Assembly (NCBI GenBank): GCA_964648205.1
Contig: CAZYNT010000004.1
Span: 5,588-69,587, forward strand
DNA: 64,000 nucleotides
DNA from: an uncultured Gammaproteobacteria bacterium
GTDB lineage: Bacteria > Patescibacteriota > Patescibacteriia > Patescibacteriales > UBA12465
Direction of reading: 5' to 3'
The notes beneath the pieces were generated by a model. It was not told the origin of the DNA and searched no databases. It saw nothing but the letters and a program-made list of their open reading frames with translations. This document shows, one piece after another, positions 8,758 through 18,071 of this stretch. The number at the start of each line of letters is the position of its first letter. The stretch's first letter is position 1. A program made the position numbers and the translations under genes.

Positions 8758-9891
8758 ATGAAAAAAGTAATCCTTTTATTTATCCTGATGACTGGCTCGA
8801 TATTTTTTTCTTTCGGACAAAGTTACAACTACCACGGGCCGGCAATCGTCGGGTTTTGGCTCTATCCTTTTTTATGCGAGAAACAAGCTGACGACCTGGT
8901 GGGATACGACATAGTAATCATCCATAATGAGGTTATCTATAAACAATCTCCGATGATTGATTACTTGTTTCGCAAAAATCCGAATCTAAAACTGCTGGTT
9001 TATTTTAACCCGGTGGAATGGTTTATTCCTCCTTATGAAGACAGCCCCTGGGCGAAGAAGATGGTTACCGAATTAAATCAAGGGGAAAGAAAAAACTGGT
9101 GGTTAAAACAACCGAACGGGCAAGCGATAAACTTCTGGACTTCAGTCGACGGACGCAAAACAAATGTCTTAGACATGCGCATTAATGCGCCAAAAGTCGA
9201 CGGAAAAACCTACGGCGAGTTTATTGCCGAACGTTTCAACTCCGATATTTTAAAGGATGGCCGCATCAGCGGTGTCGAGATCGACAATGCCTGGCCGAAC
9301 TGTTTCTGGCTCGCTAACCACGGCGAAAATAAAGGTCTTGATTTTGATCATGACGGCCAGCCTGACAAGAACGCCCAAGAAATCGACCAAGCCTGGAAGG
9401 AAGGGGAAGCAAACTTTATTAAGATAATCCGCCAGCTTAAAGGCGAAGATTTCATAATAATTTCCAACCCCGGAAACCTTGATTTCACCTTTTACCAAAA
9501 CGGCAAGATATACGAAGATTTTCCGTTTCGCTATTTGGGTGATAACCTTAATGACGGCTGGAACATTAACATGTTTAATGCCTCCAAAACCGGTGTTTAT
9601 TCCATTATCAACGCCCGGCCGGAAAAATGGTTCTTTGCTCTCTGCAGCGCCATGCTTTTAGACAGCGTCTGTTTTTCCGACATTCAAAATGCGCCCTACC
9701 GCTCCGAGTACCGAATTAATCTCGGAAAACCGCTCGAAGCGCAATCCGGCAACTTCAAAAAAAATCTGCCGATTTACAGCAGAAAATATGAAAGAGGAAC
9801 GGTTTATGTTTGTCCGCATACAGGCAAGGCTTGGATCGAGGATGTTAACGCCGACCCCTTATTCAACGAGCTGGGGCAACGCCAAAAATAA
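8758..9891 (+). CDS. Secreted TIM-barrel glycoside-hydrolase-like protein (GH114/GHL15-like), paralogous to the N-domain of 31384-33426
   Basis: Signal peptide (MKKVILLFILMTGSIFFSFGQ). The pattern DIVIIHNE...NPNLKLLVYFNPVEW parallels WDVVVLDME...NPNIIILAYINSVEQ in the 680-aa protein. Confidence 0.4.
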   Translation: MKKVILLFILMTGSIFFSFGQSYNYHGPAIVGFWLYPFLCEKQADDLVGYDIVIIHNEVIYKQSPMIDYLFRKNPNLKLLVYFNPVEWFIPPYEDSPWAKKMVTELNQGERKNWWLKQPNGQAINFWTSVDGRKTNVLDMRINAPKVDGKTYGEFIAERFNSDILKDGRISGVEIDNAWPNCFWLANHGENKGLDFDHDGQPDKNAQEIDQAWKEGEANFIKIIRQLKGEDFIIISNPGNLDFTFYQNGKIYEDFPFRYLGDNLNDGWNINMFNASKTGVYSIINARPEKWFFALCSAMLLDSVCFSDIQNAPYRSEYRINLGKPLEAQSGNFKKNLPIYSRKYERGTVYVCPHTGKAWIEDVNADPLFNELGQRQK

Positions 9892-9898
9892 AAATAAA

Positions 9899-11263
9899 CT
9901 AAGCCACTGGCTTAAACCCGCTATCTACGGCGGGTTTTTTATTCGCCTGAACAGCCAAGAGACCGCCTATAAGAGCCCAAAAGTGCCACTCCAGAGCAGT
10001 GTCGTTTAAAACATTGTCGCCTAAGCTCATAGCATACAAGGAAATAGCAAAAGCCAGTACAAAAATATTGAGCATTTTTAATCTCGACCGATCTTCTCGG
10101 CGGTATAACTTTATAAGCTCATAGAACAGGGCGCTTATTAAAATAAGATAAAGCGCCACGCCGATAGCTCCGCCGTCCAAAGCCAAGCGGATATAATCAT
10201 TGTGCGGCTGGGCGGCGCCGAGGCGAAAATCTCTATTTTTAGAAATAATTGTTTCCGCCAGGCCGACCCCCTGGCCGATAACGGGACTCTCCATTACATA
10301 CGAAAAACTGTCGCGATACAGCCCGATGCGCCAGCTAATCGAACCATAGGGATTCGCTTGAAAAATAGTATTGAAACGTTCTTGAAAAGGGAGAACAACG
10401 ATATAAAGAGCTAGCAGGCTCAGAGCGGCGACCATAAGAAATTTTCTAAATTTTAGCAGGCCGATCAAAATAAAAATCAAAAGTAAGGCCACATAAGCGC
10501 CGCGAGTATATGTAAAAACCAAAATAAAACTTAAAAAAACGGCGATAGCTAGATAAATATAAGATTCGAGGCGGCTTTTCTTAACAGTCAAAAAAATAAA
10601 TATTGATAAAGTTATAGGCAAAAGCAAATAAAACGCCAGCATGTTCGGATGCGCCATGGTGCCATACAAACGATTCAATTCTCCCTCGGCCAAACCGCTG
10701 CCCAAAAAATATTGCACCAAAGCGACCAAGGCGGGTATAAGGGAGGAAAATATCATGACTTTTATCAGCAGAGTTAAATCCTGGCTCTTTTTAACAAGAA
10801 TGGCGCCTAAAGCAAAACTGAAGAAAATACTGAAATAACGGGACAGTTCTTTAATCGAGACAAAAACATCAAACGAATAGGCCAGAGAAAACAGAGACCA
10901 AGCTAAAAACAACAGCCAAAGCCGGGTTAATTTCTTTTCTTTCAGTTCTTTAAAATTAACCGTTAAAACGATTAGGGGAAAAAGCAGCATCAAGCCGCCA
11001 TAGACAAACAGAAGGTTGACTGAAACCCGGCCGATTGAAAATAGCTTCTGACCGGTTGCAAAATCAATAACCGGCCGCAAAAATAAAAAAAGAAAGAAGC
11101 CTAAACGATAATTAAGCAAGCTCAATAAAAAGACCAATCCCGAGGCGATCAAAAAAAACTTAGCAATATTTTCAAGCGGCAAAAATAAGACTAAAACGGA
11201 AACTAAGAGATAAAATCCGCTAATTATAGCCAGCCATTCGCGGCTTCTTAATTTGTCGGCCAT
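9899..11263 (-). CDS. O-antigen ligase/polymerase-like (Wzy_C family) integral membrane protein
   Basis: 454 aa, about 11-12 TM helices, with a larger loop containing RGAYVALLL and HPHNDYIRLALDGG-type motifs typical of O-antigen ligase-like proteins. Confidence 0.65.
   Translation of the reverse strand: MADKLRSREWLAIISGFYLLVSVLVLFLPLENIAKFFLIASGLVFLLSLLNYRLGFFLFLFLRPVIDFATGQKLFSIGRVSVNLLFVYGGLMLLFPLIVLTVNFKELKEKKLTRLWLLFLAWSLFSLAYSFDVFVSIKELSRYFSIFFSFALGAILVKKSQDLTLLIKVMIFSSLIPALVALVQYFLGSGLAEGELNRLYGTMAHPNMLAFYLLLPITLSIFIFLTVKKSRLESYIYLAIAVFLSFILVFTYTRGAYVALLLIFILIGLLKFRKFLMVAALSLLALYIVVLPFQERFNTIFQANPYGSISWRIGLYRDSFSYVMESPVIGQGVGLAETIISKNRDFRLGAAQPHNDYIRLALDGGAIGVALYLILISALFYELIKLYRREDRSRLKMLNIFVLAFAISLYAMSLGDNVLNDTALEWHFWALIGGLLAVQANKKPAVDSGFKPVA
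9915..9941 (+). terminator. Intrinsic terminator of gene 8758-9891, embedded in the 3' coding end of the convergent gene
   Basis: AACCCGC-N8-GCGGGTT stem followed by T6. Confidence 0.5.
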
Positions 11264-11324
11264 ATTATGTTATGATTATTGTATCAGTTTAATTTTAGCT
11301 TAATTTTTCCCAAAAAGTCAAAAT

Positions 11325-12557
11325 ATGAAAATTCTCCAAGTTAATAAATTCTATTATCCAAAAGACGGGGTTAGCAATTATCTCCTCGGCTTGGAGGCTG
11401 AGCTAAAAAAATTAGGCCATGAAGTCAGGGTTTTTGCCATGGATAATCCGAAAAATATCTTAAGTGCAGACGAAAAATACTTCGTTTCCTATCTTTCTTT
11501 CGACCAAGGCGGCCTAATCAATACCTGGCGATCTTTTGCGCGCATATTTTATAGCTTTGAAGCAAAACGCAAATTTAAAGCTTTGATCAATGATTTTCAT
11601 CCGGATATTATCCATATCCACAATATTTACCATCAAATCTCACCTTCGATTTTAAGTGTTGCTCGGCGGGAGAAAATACCCGTCGTCATGCATCTGCATG
11701 ACTATAAATTAGTCTGCCCCAACTATAAATTATTTACGGGCGGAAAAATCTGCAAGCGCTGCCGGGGCGGCAAATACTATAACTGCTTATTCAATAAATG
11801 TTTGAAGGATTCTTATTTAAAAAGCTGCGGAGGCGCCTTGGAAATGTATTTCCATCATAATATCTGGCGCATCTACGAAAAGGGGATTAAACTGTTTATC
11901 GCTCCGAGCGAATTTATGAAAAAAACCGTAGAAGAATTTTCTTGGCCCGCGGACAAGGTAATCTGTCTGCATAATTTTTTTAACAATCAAATAGAAAAGA
12001 GCGGGCTCACTAATCAAGATAACTCCGACAATTATTTACTTTATTTCGGACGTCTTTCCGAGGAGAAGGGAGTGTCGGTTTTAATAGAAGCTCTGGCGCA
12101 AACAAAAGAACATTTAAAAATCGCCGGCGAGGGCCCGGAAGAAACAAATTTAAAAAATTTAAGCTGCCGGTTGGGCCTGACGAGCCGAGTCGAATTTGTC
12201 GGTTTTAAGACAGGCACCGATCTCGAAAATTTGATCATAAACGCCAAGGCTATTATTATCCCCTCGATCTGGTTTGAGAATATGCCTCTTAACATGCTTG
12301 AATCTTTAGCCCGCCGAAAAATCGTAATCGCTTCTGATATCGGCGGCATTCCGGAAATAATAAAAAACAATGAAAACGGATTTCTCTTTGCGCCGGGTGA
12401 GGCTCACGATTTAGCCAAAAAAATAAAGCTGCTGAGCGAGGTCGACATTCGTTCAATCGGCGACAACGCCGAAAAGGCCGTCCAAAATTTAAACGCCCAG
12501 GCGCATGTTCAAAAAATTATAAAAATATACCAACAAATAATTAGTAGCAACCGGTAA
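11325..12557 (+). CDS. Glycosyltransferase family 4
   Basis: GT-B fold signature, with an E-x7-E-like region (FENMPLNMLESLARRKIVIASDIGGIPEII). Confidence 0.8.
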   Translation: MKILQVNKFYYPKDGVSNYLLGLEAELKKLGHEVRVFAMDNPKNILSADEKYFVSYLSFDQGGLINTWRSFARIFYSFEAKRKFKALINDFHPDIIHIHNIYHQISPSILSVARREKIPVVMHLHDYKLVCPNYKLFTGGKICKRCRGGKYYNCLFNKCLKDSYLKSCGGALEMYFHHNIWRIYEKGIKLFIAPSEFMKKTVEEFSWPADKVICLHNFFNNQIEKSGLTNQDNSDNYLLYFGRLSEEKGVSVLIEALAQTKEHLKIAGEGPEETNLKNLSCRLGLTSRVEFVGFKTGTDLENLIINAKAIIIPSIWFENMPLNMLESLARRKIVIASDIGGIPEIIKNNENGFLFAPGEAHDLAKKIKLLSEVDIRSIGDNAEKAVQNLNAQAHVQKIIKIYQQIISSNR

Positions 12558-12571
12558 CTGAATATAAGAAT

Positions 12572-12607
12572 AAAAAAAACACCGATTATCAGAACCGGTG
12601 TTTTTTA
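12572..12607. terminator. Bidirectional intrinsic terminator
   Basis: A-run, ACACCG-N11-CGGTGT stem, T-run, between convergent genes. Confidence 0.65.
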
Positions 12608-12635
12608 TTGAAATTTTTTTATTTATTTAACTTCA

Positions 12636-13916
12636 TTATTTAACTTCAATCGAGATGCTATAAGTAGCTCGGGAATTATCACCGGTTACTTTAATATCAT
12701 AGCGCCCGGCTTTTAAATCCGGAGTATTTATCTGCTGGGAAAAACGGCCATTGCTCCCGGCCTGGGCAGAGAACCCAGAGTTTCCGAACATAATTGTCAG
12801 AGGCTCTTGCGGCCAGAAACCGCCTCCGGAGACAATCACCGGACTGTTAACTAAGGTCCAATTCCGGTTTACATTCAAAAATAAATTTTCCGTAGCATAG
12901 ACCATACTATTTTCCGAAGTAGATTTGATGGAGTCTATTTTCTTCAAATTTTTATCTAAAAGAAGGATGTTGGATCCGTTAAAAACGACTAAAACGTCGC
13001 CCTTATCAGTATTAACGACCTTCAGGCCCATTGCCCAGCCTTGCGGTCCGCCGATCATGTTAGTAAAGGCATAATCAGCGACTTTAAAGTTATCCTTGGT
13101 CATTTTTACAACTCCGATGCCATTAGAAAAATAAAAGTAGGGATTATCATAAGTACTGTCGACTTCATAACCCGGCTGATTCAGGTGCTTGAAAGAGGCC
13201 AAGAGGTTTCCGTTCAAATCAAACTTTTTTGTATAGGAATCGTCAACCGCGTAGATTTCTTCTCTTAAAATATCGAAATAGGCTCTATGGTTGTTATCTT
13301 CATAAATAAAGTTCAGAGGAATATCGCGAACGAGGCTGCGATTTGTCCGATCATAAATCACCATCTTTCCGCCATCAATCGCGAACAGATATTGATTGCT
13401 GCCGTTGCTGCGGATGCTATAAGGATTAGAAATAACAAAATTGTAAGAATTAATCACTTCCAGGTCGGAATTAAAAATCTTAACCCCTTCCTCGCTGAAA
13501 GTCGCGATGTTGTCGCCCGCCCGGTCGACTCTTTGATACCACTCCCAATAGTTATTGGTCGATTTTTTAACCAACTGGACGGAATTTAAATCGGAAATAT
13601 TATATTTATACAAAGTATATTGAGAAACAGCATAAACATAAAGCTGTCCGCCTTCAATGCTTAATTTAAGATCAGAAAAATCATCGTTAATGTTAAAAAC
13701 CGGGTTCAAATTGCCGATGATAATAGCTTTGGCAATAGTATTGTTATCTAATTTAAAGACTTCAATTTTTCCTGAATTAGCCGAGGCAAAAACAACTTTA
13801 TCATTAAAACTGACGGCATCTCCCGAGTAATAAGTTTGAAGCTTGCTGTTTGTCCTATCTACCAAAAATAACAGGGAAATGGCAAATAGTACTAAAATCA
13901 GGCCTATTTTTTTCAT
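12636..13916 (-). CDS. Secreted beta-rich (propeller-like) protein with a C-terminal Ig-like domain
   Basis: Signal/anchor MKKIGLILVLFAISLLFLV, repeated short beta-strand motifs, and a C-terminal RYDIKVTGDNSRATYSISIEVK beta-sandwich-like tail. Confidence 0.4.
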   Translation of the reverse strand: MKKIGLILVLFAISLLFLVDRTNSKLQTYYSGDAVSFNDKVVFASANSGKIEVFKLDNNTIAKAIIIGNLNPVFNINDDFSDLKLSIEGGQLYVYAVSQYTLYKYNISDLNSVQLVKKSTNNYWEWYQRVDRAGDNIATFSEEGVKIFNSDLEVINSYNFVISNPYSIRSNGSNQYLFAIDGGKMVIYDRTNRSLVRDIPLNFIYEDNNHRAYFDILREEIYAVDDSYTKKFDLNGNLLASFKHLNQPGYEVDSTYDNPYFYFSNGIGVVKMTKDNFKVADYAFTNMIGGPQGWAMGLKVVNTDKGDVLVVFNGSNILLLDKNLKKIDSIKSTSENSMVYATENLFLNVNRNWTLVNSPVIVSGGGFWPQEPLTIMFGNSGFSAQAGSNGRFSQQINTPDLKAGRYDIKVTGDNSRATYSISIEVK

Positions 13917-13991
13917 ATGTTTATACTATTTTTTATTTAATATTAAACAAAATATAAAAATTATTCAAAAATCGTTATTCTGTAACTTCTT

Positions 13992-14058
13992 ATAATACAA
14001 AAATTATTATTCTTTGTCAATATTATCCATTGACAAACTTTTTAATATGTATTACAAT
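13992..14058. promoter_or_regulatory. Back-to-back divergent consensus promoters with palindromic -35 elements
   Basis: Minus strand: TTGACA (14020-14015), 17 nt, TATTAT (13997-13992). Plus strand: TTGACA (14030-14035), 17 nt, TACAAT (14053-14058). The two -35 boxes form TTGTCAAT-N7-ATTGACAA. Confidence 0.5.
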
Positions 14059-14094
14059 GTAATATAAAAATTTAATTGACCGCAATAAAATAAT

Positions 14095-14886
14095 ATGGAA
14101 GTTAAAGACTTTTTCCAAATCTTAAAGCATCGCAAAGGGGCAATCTTTTCAGCTTGGCTAATTTTTATAATTTTAGGCGCAGCCGCCACCTTTATCCAGC
14201 CTCTTAAGTATGAGGCGAAGTCCCGATTGCTGCTTGTCCAGAATGTTTCCGGTGTCGACCCCTACACGGTTTCGAAATCAAACCAATACTTGAGCAGCCT
14301 TTTCTCACAAGTAGTATACTCTAATTCCTTCTTTGAATTAGTAACAAACTCAAACAGCTTTGACATTGATAAAAATTATTTTTCCGATAATTACAAAAAA
14401 CAGATGAATATCTGGAAAAAGACTGTTTCAGCGAAAAGCAACGATACGGGAATTATCGAAATTTCAATTTATCACCCTAATCCTTACCAGGCCAAACAAA
14501 TCGCTTTGGGGGTTAATGATATATTGATAAACCAAGGATTTAATTATCAGGGGGGCGGCGAGAGCGTTAAAATAAAAATTATCGACCAACCTTTGATATC
14601 TGATTATCCGGTAAAACCTGATATTATTTTTAATTTCATTGCTTTCTCTGCTTTGGGAATTTTAGCCGGCTTAATCTATTTGTATTTTTATCCCAAAAAA
14701 AGGATGGCGATTCGTCCGGCAAGCAGACCCATAACTCAATCAATGCCACCGATACCGCAAGCGCACATAGCGCCGACAGTCGGGATGAATCACCCGGCCG
14801 AAAAAGTAATGATTAATGATAACCAGGAAACAAATCATAATTACCAGAATCGAGGAGATATCAGAAACGTCATCAACCGTTTTTAA
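14095..14886 (+). CDS. Wzz/chain-length-determinant-like protein
   Basis: N-terminal Wzz-type segment (ILKHRKGAIFSAWLIFIILGAAATFIQPLKYEAKSRLLLVQ) and a second TM helix near the C-terminus (IIFNFIAFSALGILAGLIYLYF). Confidence 0.55.
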   Translation: MEVKDFFQILKHRKGAIFSAWLIFIILGAAATFIQPLKYEAKSRLLLVQNVSGVDPYTVSKSNQYLSSLFSQVVYSNSFFELVTNSNSFDIDKNYFSDNYKKQMNIWKKTVSAKSNDTGIIEISIYHPNPYQAKQIALGVNDILINQGFNYQGGGESVKIKIIDQPLISDYPVKPDIIFNFIAFSALGILAGLIYLYFYPKKRMAIRPASRPITQSMPPIPQAHIAPTVGMNHPAEKVMINDNQETNHNYQNRGDIRNVINRF

Positions 14887-15017
14887 CCAGCAATTTTAAT
14901 TATAGACTTTAGCCTTCAAAGGCTAAGGCTTGTAATGAAAATAAATACAAGTCGTCCACTTAACGGTGGGCTATAAAAAAGAATATTAACAATTGAAAAT
15001 GAAACAAAAACAAATAA

Positions 15018-15869
15018 ATGAAAAAGTTCATTTTATTATTTGTTATCGGGCTCCTGGTAAGCGCAGCTTTTCCGGTAGCAGCCCAATCTCCGCTGACCAA
15101 CTTCAGTTTGCTCGGCGGGAATATCTATTTTACTAATCCCGGAAACGGCGACGGCACTGCCCGGTGGGTAGAAACCCGCGTCCTTTTTGGAAGAGGAAAT
15201 GACTACCGATTGCTATCCGGCGGCTTCTTCGTTAACTATAACGAGGTAGGCAGCAAGCTTGATGGTTTTCTGTACCACGACCAAGAAGTTGCTTTCGGAC
15301 CAGCTCTGAATTTCGGTTCGCAGTATTGGTCTGAATCCAATGAAATTTGGGGCTGGCTTAACGCCGGCCTTAAGATAGCCTGGGACAGGGGGCAAATCGA
15401 AAGTTATGATACTGAACAAAAAGATAAATTATTATATTTGTTCGGCGGCATAATGTTCAAAAACAGCCTCGGCCGGGGACCATTCTTCATAAAGAAATTT
15501 ATGGTCACCTACCAACAGCCGCTAAAAAGCGAACGAGATGCCTCTTGGGAAGGGAATCCGACCTTTGATTCGCCCGCCAACAAGGGTTATGTAAAGTTAG
15601 TGGCTGAGAATACCTTCGTATCTCTGCCTCTGACCGCCTCCGAAAGTTTGCGCTTTGAACCAAAAATTACCGCCAGCGCGGCTTATGAATTTAACGGCTC
15701 GAATATGATATATTCGACCGGTATTGGCTTAACCCTGGCTCGTGAATACAGCCAGGAGATCCTAACCCTTGAAGGAGGGGTAAAATTTCAGCAACAAACT
15801 CGGCCAATTTACTCGGTCGGCGCCCTAATCAACGTAGTTGAATTAGGCAAAGCAATATTCAGTAAATAA
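15018..15869 (+). CDS. Secreted beta-strand-rich protein (porin/OMP-like alternation), unknown function
   Basis: Sec signal MKKFILLFVIGLLVSAAFPVAAQ, followed by about 12 amphipathic aromatic/Gly-rich strand-like segments. Confidence 0.45.
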   Translation: MKKFILLFVIGLLVSAAFPVAAQSPLTNFSLLGGNIYFTNPGNGDGTARWVETRVLFGRGNDYRLLSGGFFVNYNEVGSKLDGFLYHDQEVAFGPALNFGSQYWSESNEIWGWLNAGLKIAWDRGQIESYDTEQKDKLLYLFGGIMFKNSLGRGPFFIKKFMVTYQQPLKSERDASWEGNPTFDSPANKGYVKLVAENTFVSLPLTASESLRFEPKITASAAYEFNGSNMIYSTGIGLTLAREYSQEILTLEGGVKFQQQTRPIYSVGALINVVELGKAIFSK

Positions 15870-15897
15870 TTAACCAAAAAAATAAGGAGAGCAGATC

Positions 15898-16728
15898 ATG
15901 ACAAAATTCTGGAAGATTACCATCGTGGTTATTGTTGTAATCAACATAATCATGTTCGTGTCACAATGTGGCGGCAAAATCAAAAAAGGCCTCGGCATCG
16001 GAGAACCGAGCAAGAAAGAGCTCAATGCCAAAAACGACAGCCTTTCAAATGAGCTTGCATTCTGTTCAAATGAGCTTACAATCTATAAAAATTATGTAGA
16101 CACCCAGGACGACTCCATCAGTGCGCTGAACAGCCTTTTGAACGACTGCCAGAATGGCAAAAAGCAAAAAAAAGCGGCACCAAGGACCAAAACATCAACG
16201 CCAAGAACTATTGTCATTCCCAGCCAGCCCGCAGCCAGCCCGGTAAAAACCATTACCATTCCTGAAGATTCGCCGAGCCGCACCGAAAACACCGGCCTCT
16301 GCGGAGACCAGTATACCGGGGTTTATAACGGCTCCCATGGGACGACGATCAACGAGGAATCAAAACTCGTTTATTTCATCTCAAACGAGGAGTTAAACGC
16401 CGGGGAAGGAAAAATGACGCTGGTCGCACCGCAGTTAAACGGCAAAAATTCCGGCAAGGAATTCTACTGGGATGCCGGCAAGAAATTATGGGTTTATGAA
16501 AGTAACACCATAATTACCATTGCCCGCCTTCTCGGAGGCCAGCCAATCGTGTGGTGCGCCTATATCGGCGATCACCAACAGTGGGGGTATCCGATGTTTA
16601 TCCCGCACGAAATCGTAAAAACCGGATCTCAGTCCGTCCGATCGGCAATGGCCAAGGGCGAGGTAGCGCAGCATACTCAAGATGAAGGGTGCGACTACCA
16701 CAGTCTCATCCAATTCAAAAAAAAATAA
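15898..16728 (+). CDS. Membrane-anchored protein with a coiled-coil, a Pro/Thr-rich linker and a C-terminal globular domain
   Basis: Strong SD AAGGAGA 7 nt upstream. N-terminal hydrophobic anchor (ITIVVIVVINIIMFVSQC), linker KKAAPRTKTSTPRTIVIPSQPAASPVKTITIP. Confidence 0.5.
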   Translation: MTKFWKITIVVIVVINIIMFVSQCGGKIKKGLGIGEPSKKELNAKNDSLSNELAFCSNELTIYKNYVDTQDDSISALNSLLNDCQNGKKQKKAAPRTKTSTPRTIVIPSQPAASPVKTITIPEDSPSRTENTGLCGDQYTGVYNGSHGTTINEESKLVYFISNEELNAGEGKMTLVAPQLNGKNSGKEFYWDAGKKLWVYESNTIITIARLLGGQPIVWCAYIGDHQQWGYPMFIPHEIVKTGSQSVRSAMAKGEVAQHTQDEGCDYHSLIQFKKK

Positions 16729-16753
16729 GCGCCCCCAAACGCTTTGATCAATC

Positions 16754-16788
16754 AGGCTTAGCGGTCTAACCAACCCTAAGCCTTTTTT
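16754..16788 (+). terminator. Intrinsic terminator of gene 15898-16728
   Basis: AGGCTTAG-N14-CTAAGCCT stem followed by T6. Confidence 0.6.
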
Positions 16789-16795
16789 ATAAAAT

Positions 16796-16862
16796 AAAAA
16801 ACCCTATCGCGCGACGTTTGATGTTTATCAAATGTTTGATATTCATCAATCGAGCGATAGGG
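16796..16862 (-). terminator. Long composite hairpin terminator of gene 16869-18071
   Basis: CCCTATCGC / GCGATAGGG outer stem encloses nested TTTGAT/ATCAAA palindromes. On the minus strand a U-run follows it. Confidence 0.55.
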
Positions 16863-16868
16863 CAAACT

Positions 16869-18071
16869 TTAACGGAGCAAAGGATGGATGCTGTACCCCT
16901 GGCCGGATTTGGTCGGGACAATCTGCATACCACACATGATTGCTTCCGGAATAAAGAATTTTGATCTCGTCATGTCGCCATAGGTAGCGGGGTCGAGGTA
17001 GTTGGGTCCGAACTTAAAGTACAACTTACTGTTGTCCAGTGTAATGTCGGACAAGGCAACCGTGTAATAACCCCAGCCGATTCCATTTATAATATGAAGC
17101 GGTGCTGTTATCCAGGCGCCCGATTTCGTAAAGGTGAAAAAGGGCTGCGGGCCGTTGGCATACTGCTGATAATTTACAAACAGCCGCAGGGAATCATGCT
17201 GGGGAAGTGTACCCAGAATTAAGGAATCCCTGACAGTCGGGGGATAAAGGCCGCCGATAGAATCACCGTCTTCACCAGGAACATAGACCGCACTCGGAGG
17301 GAAATTATATATCTGTCCATTCAAAGGATAGATAACATATTTTCCGCTGCCTACGCCGGTTGAAACCCAGTAAATCGAGTTGGGATTATATGACCAATTG
17401 GTTATCTGCCCGAACTGGAGATCTTGGGGGGTGTAGTTGACGAAGGAAATGTGCCGGACTAAATACAAATTGCCGTCAATATAAGTATATTCAGGGTTTG
17501 GCGGCGGCGGGTTTTGCCAACCGCAGAAAGTACCGGTTACAAAAGGCACATTATACTCCGTATAGGGCGGAGGAACAAAGCCGGCGATTGTACTGGCCAA
17601 AAAGCCGAGTTCATAATTATATCCCCCAGCAACCTGAGTGGCGCTGATTACGCGAATCGTATTATCCTGGCCGTAAAGCGGAGAAATATCCATCCAAAGC
17701 ATCTTCGTAATCACCGTTCCTGTAAGGGAATTCGTGATGGTGACGACGAGATGATACAACCCGGTGCTATACTTATGCTCTACTCGGGGAGTGGTTAAGA
17801 GCGGCGTGCCGTCTCCCATATCCCAAGAATAGATATAAGTATACCCCTGTGGAGGAGGTAGGTTTTCTACCCATACCGTCACCACAAAATTGGCGGGAGC
17901 TTTTACCGTATCGCCGCTCATCGTGCCACCGGTGCTTTTTAAAACGACCTGATCGGTCGGGGAAGGAGCAGGATCAAAATCGTTGTCATTATACTTCTGG
18001 CACCCGGCCAAAAGTATCAGCTGCAAAATGGCGACTGACCATAGCAGCTTACCGAATAAGGTTTTTTTCAT
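16869..18071 (-). CDS. Lipoprotein with a PKD domain and a C-terminal aromatic/Pro-rich (possibly carbohydrate-binding) region
   Basis: Lipobox LLAGC. PKD signature WDMGDGTPLLTTPRVEHKYSTGLYHLVVTITN. The C-terminal YFKFGPNYLDP resembles CBM-type motifs (weak). Confidence 0.55.
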   Translation of the reverse strand: MKKTLFGKLLWSVAILQLILLAGCQKYNDNDFDPAPSPTDQVVLKSTGGTMSGDTVKAPANFVVTVWVENLPPPQGYTYIYSWDMGDGTPLLTTPRVEHKYSTGLYHLVVTITNSLTGTVITKMLWMDISPLYGQDNTIRVISATQVAGGYNYELGFLASTIAGFVPPPYTEYNVPFVTGTFCGWQNPPPPNPEYTYIDGNLYLVRHISFVNYTPQDLQFGQITNWSYNPNSIYWVSTGVGSGKYVIYPLNGQIYNFPPSAVYVPGEDGDSIGGLYPPTVRDSLILGTLPQHDSLRLFVNYQQYANGPQPFFTFTKSGAWITAPLHIINGIGWGYYTVALSDITLDNSKLYFKFGPNYLDPATYGDMTRSKFFIPEAIMCGMQIVPTKSGQGYSIHPLLR

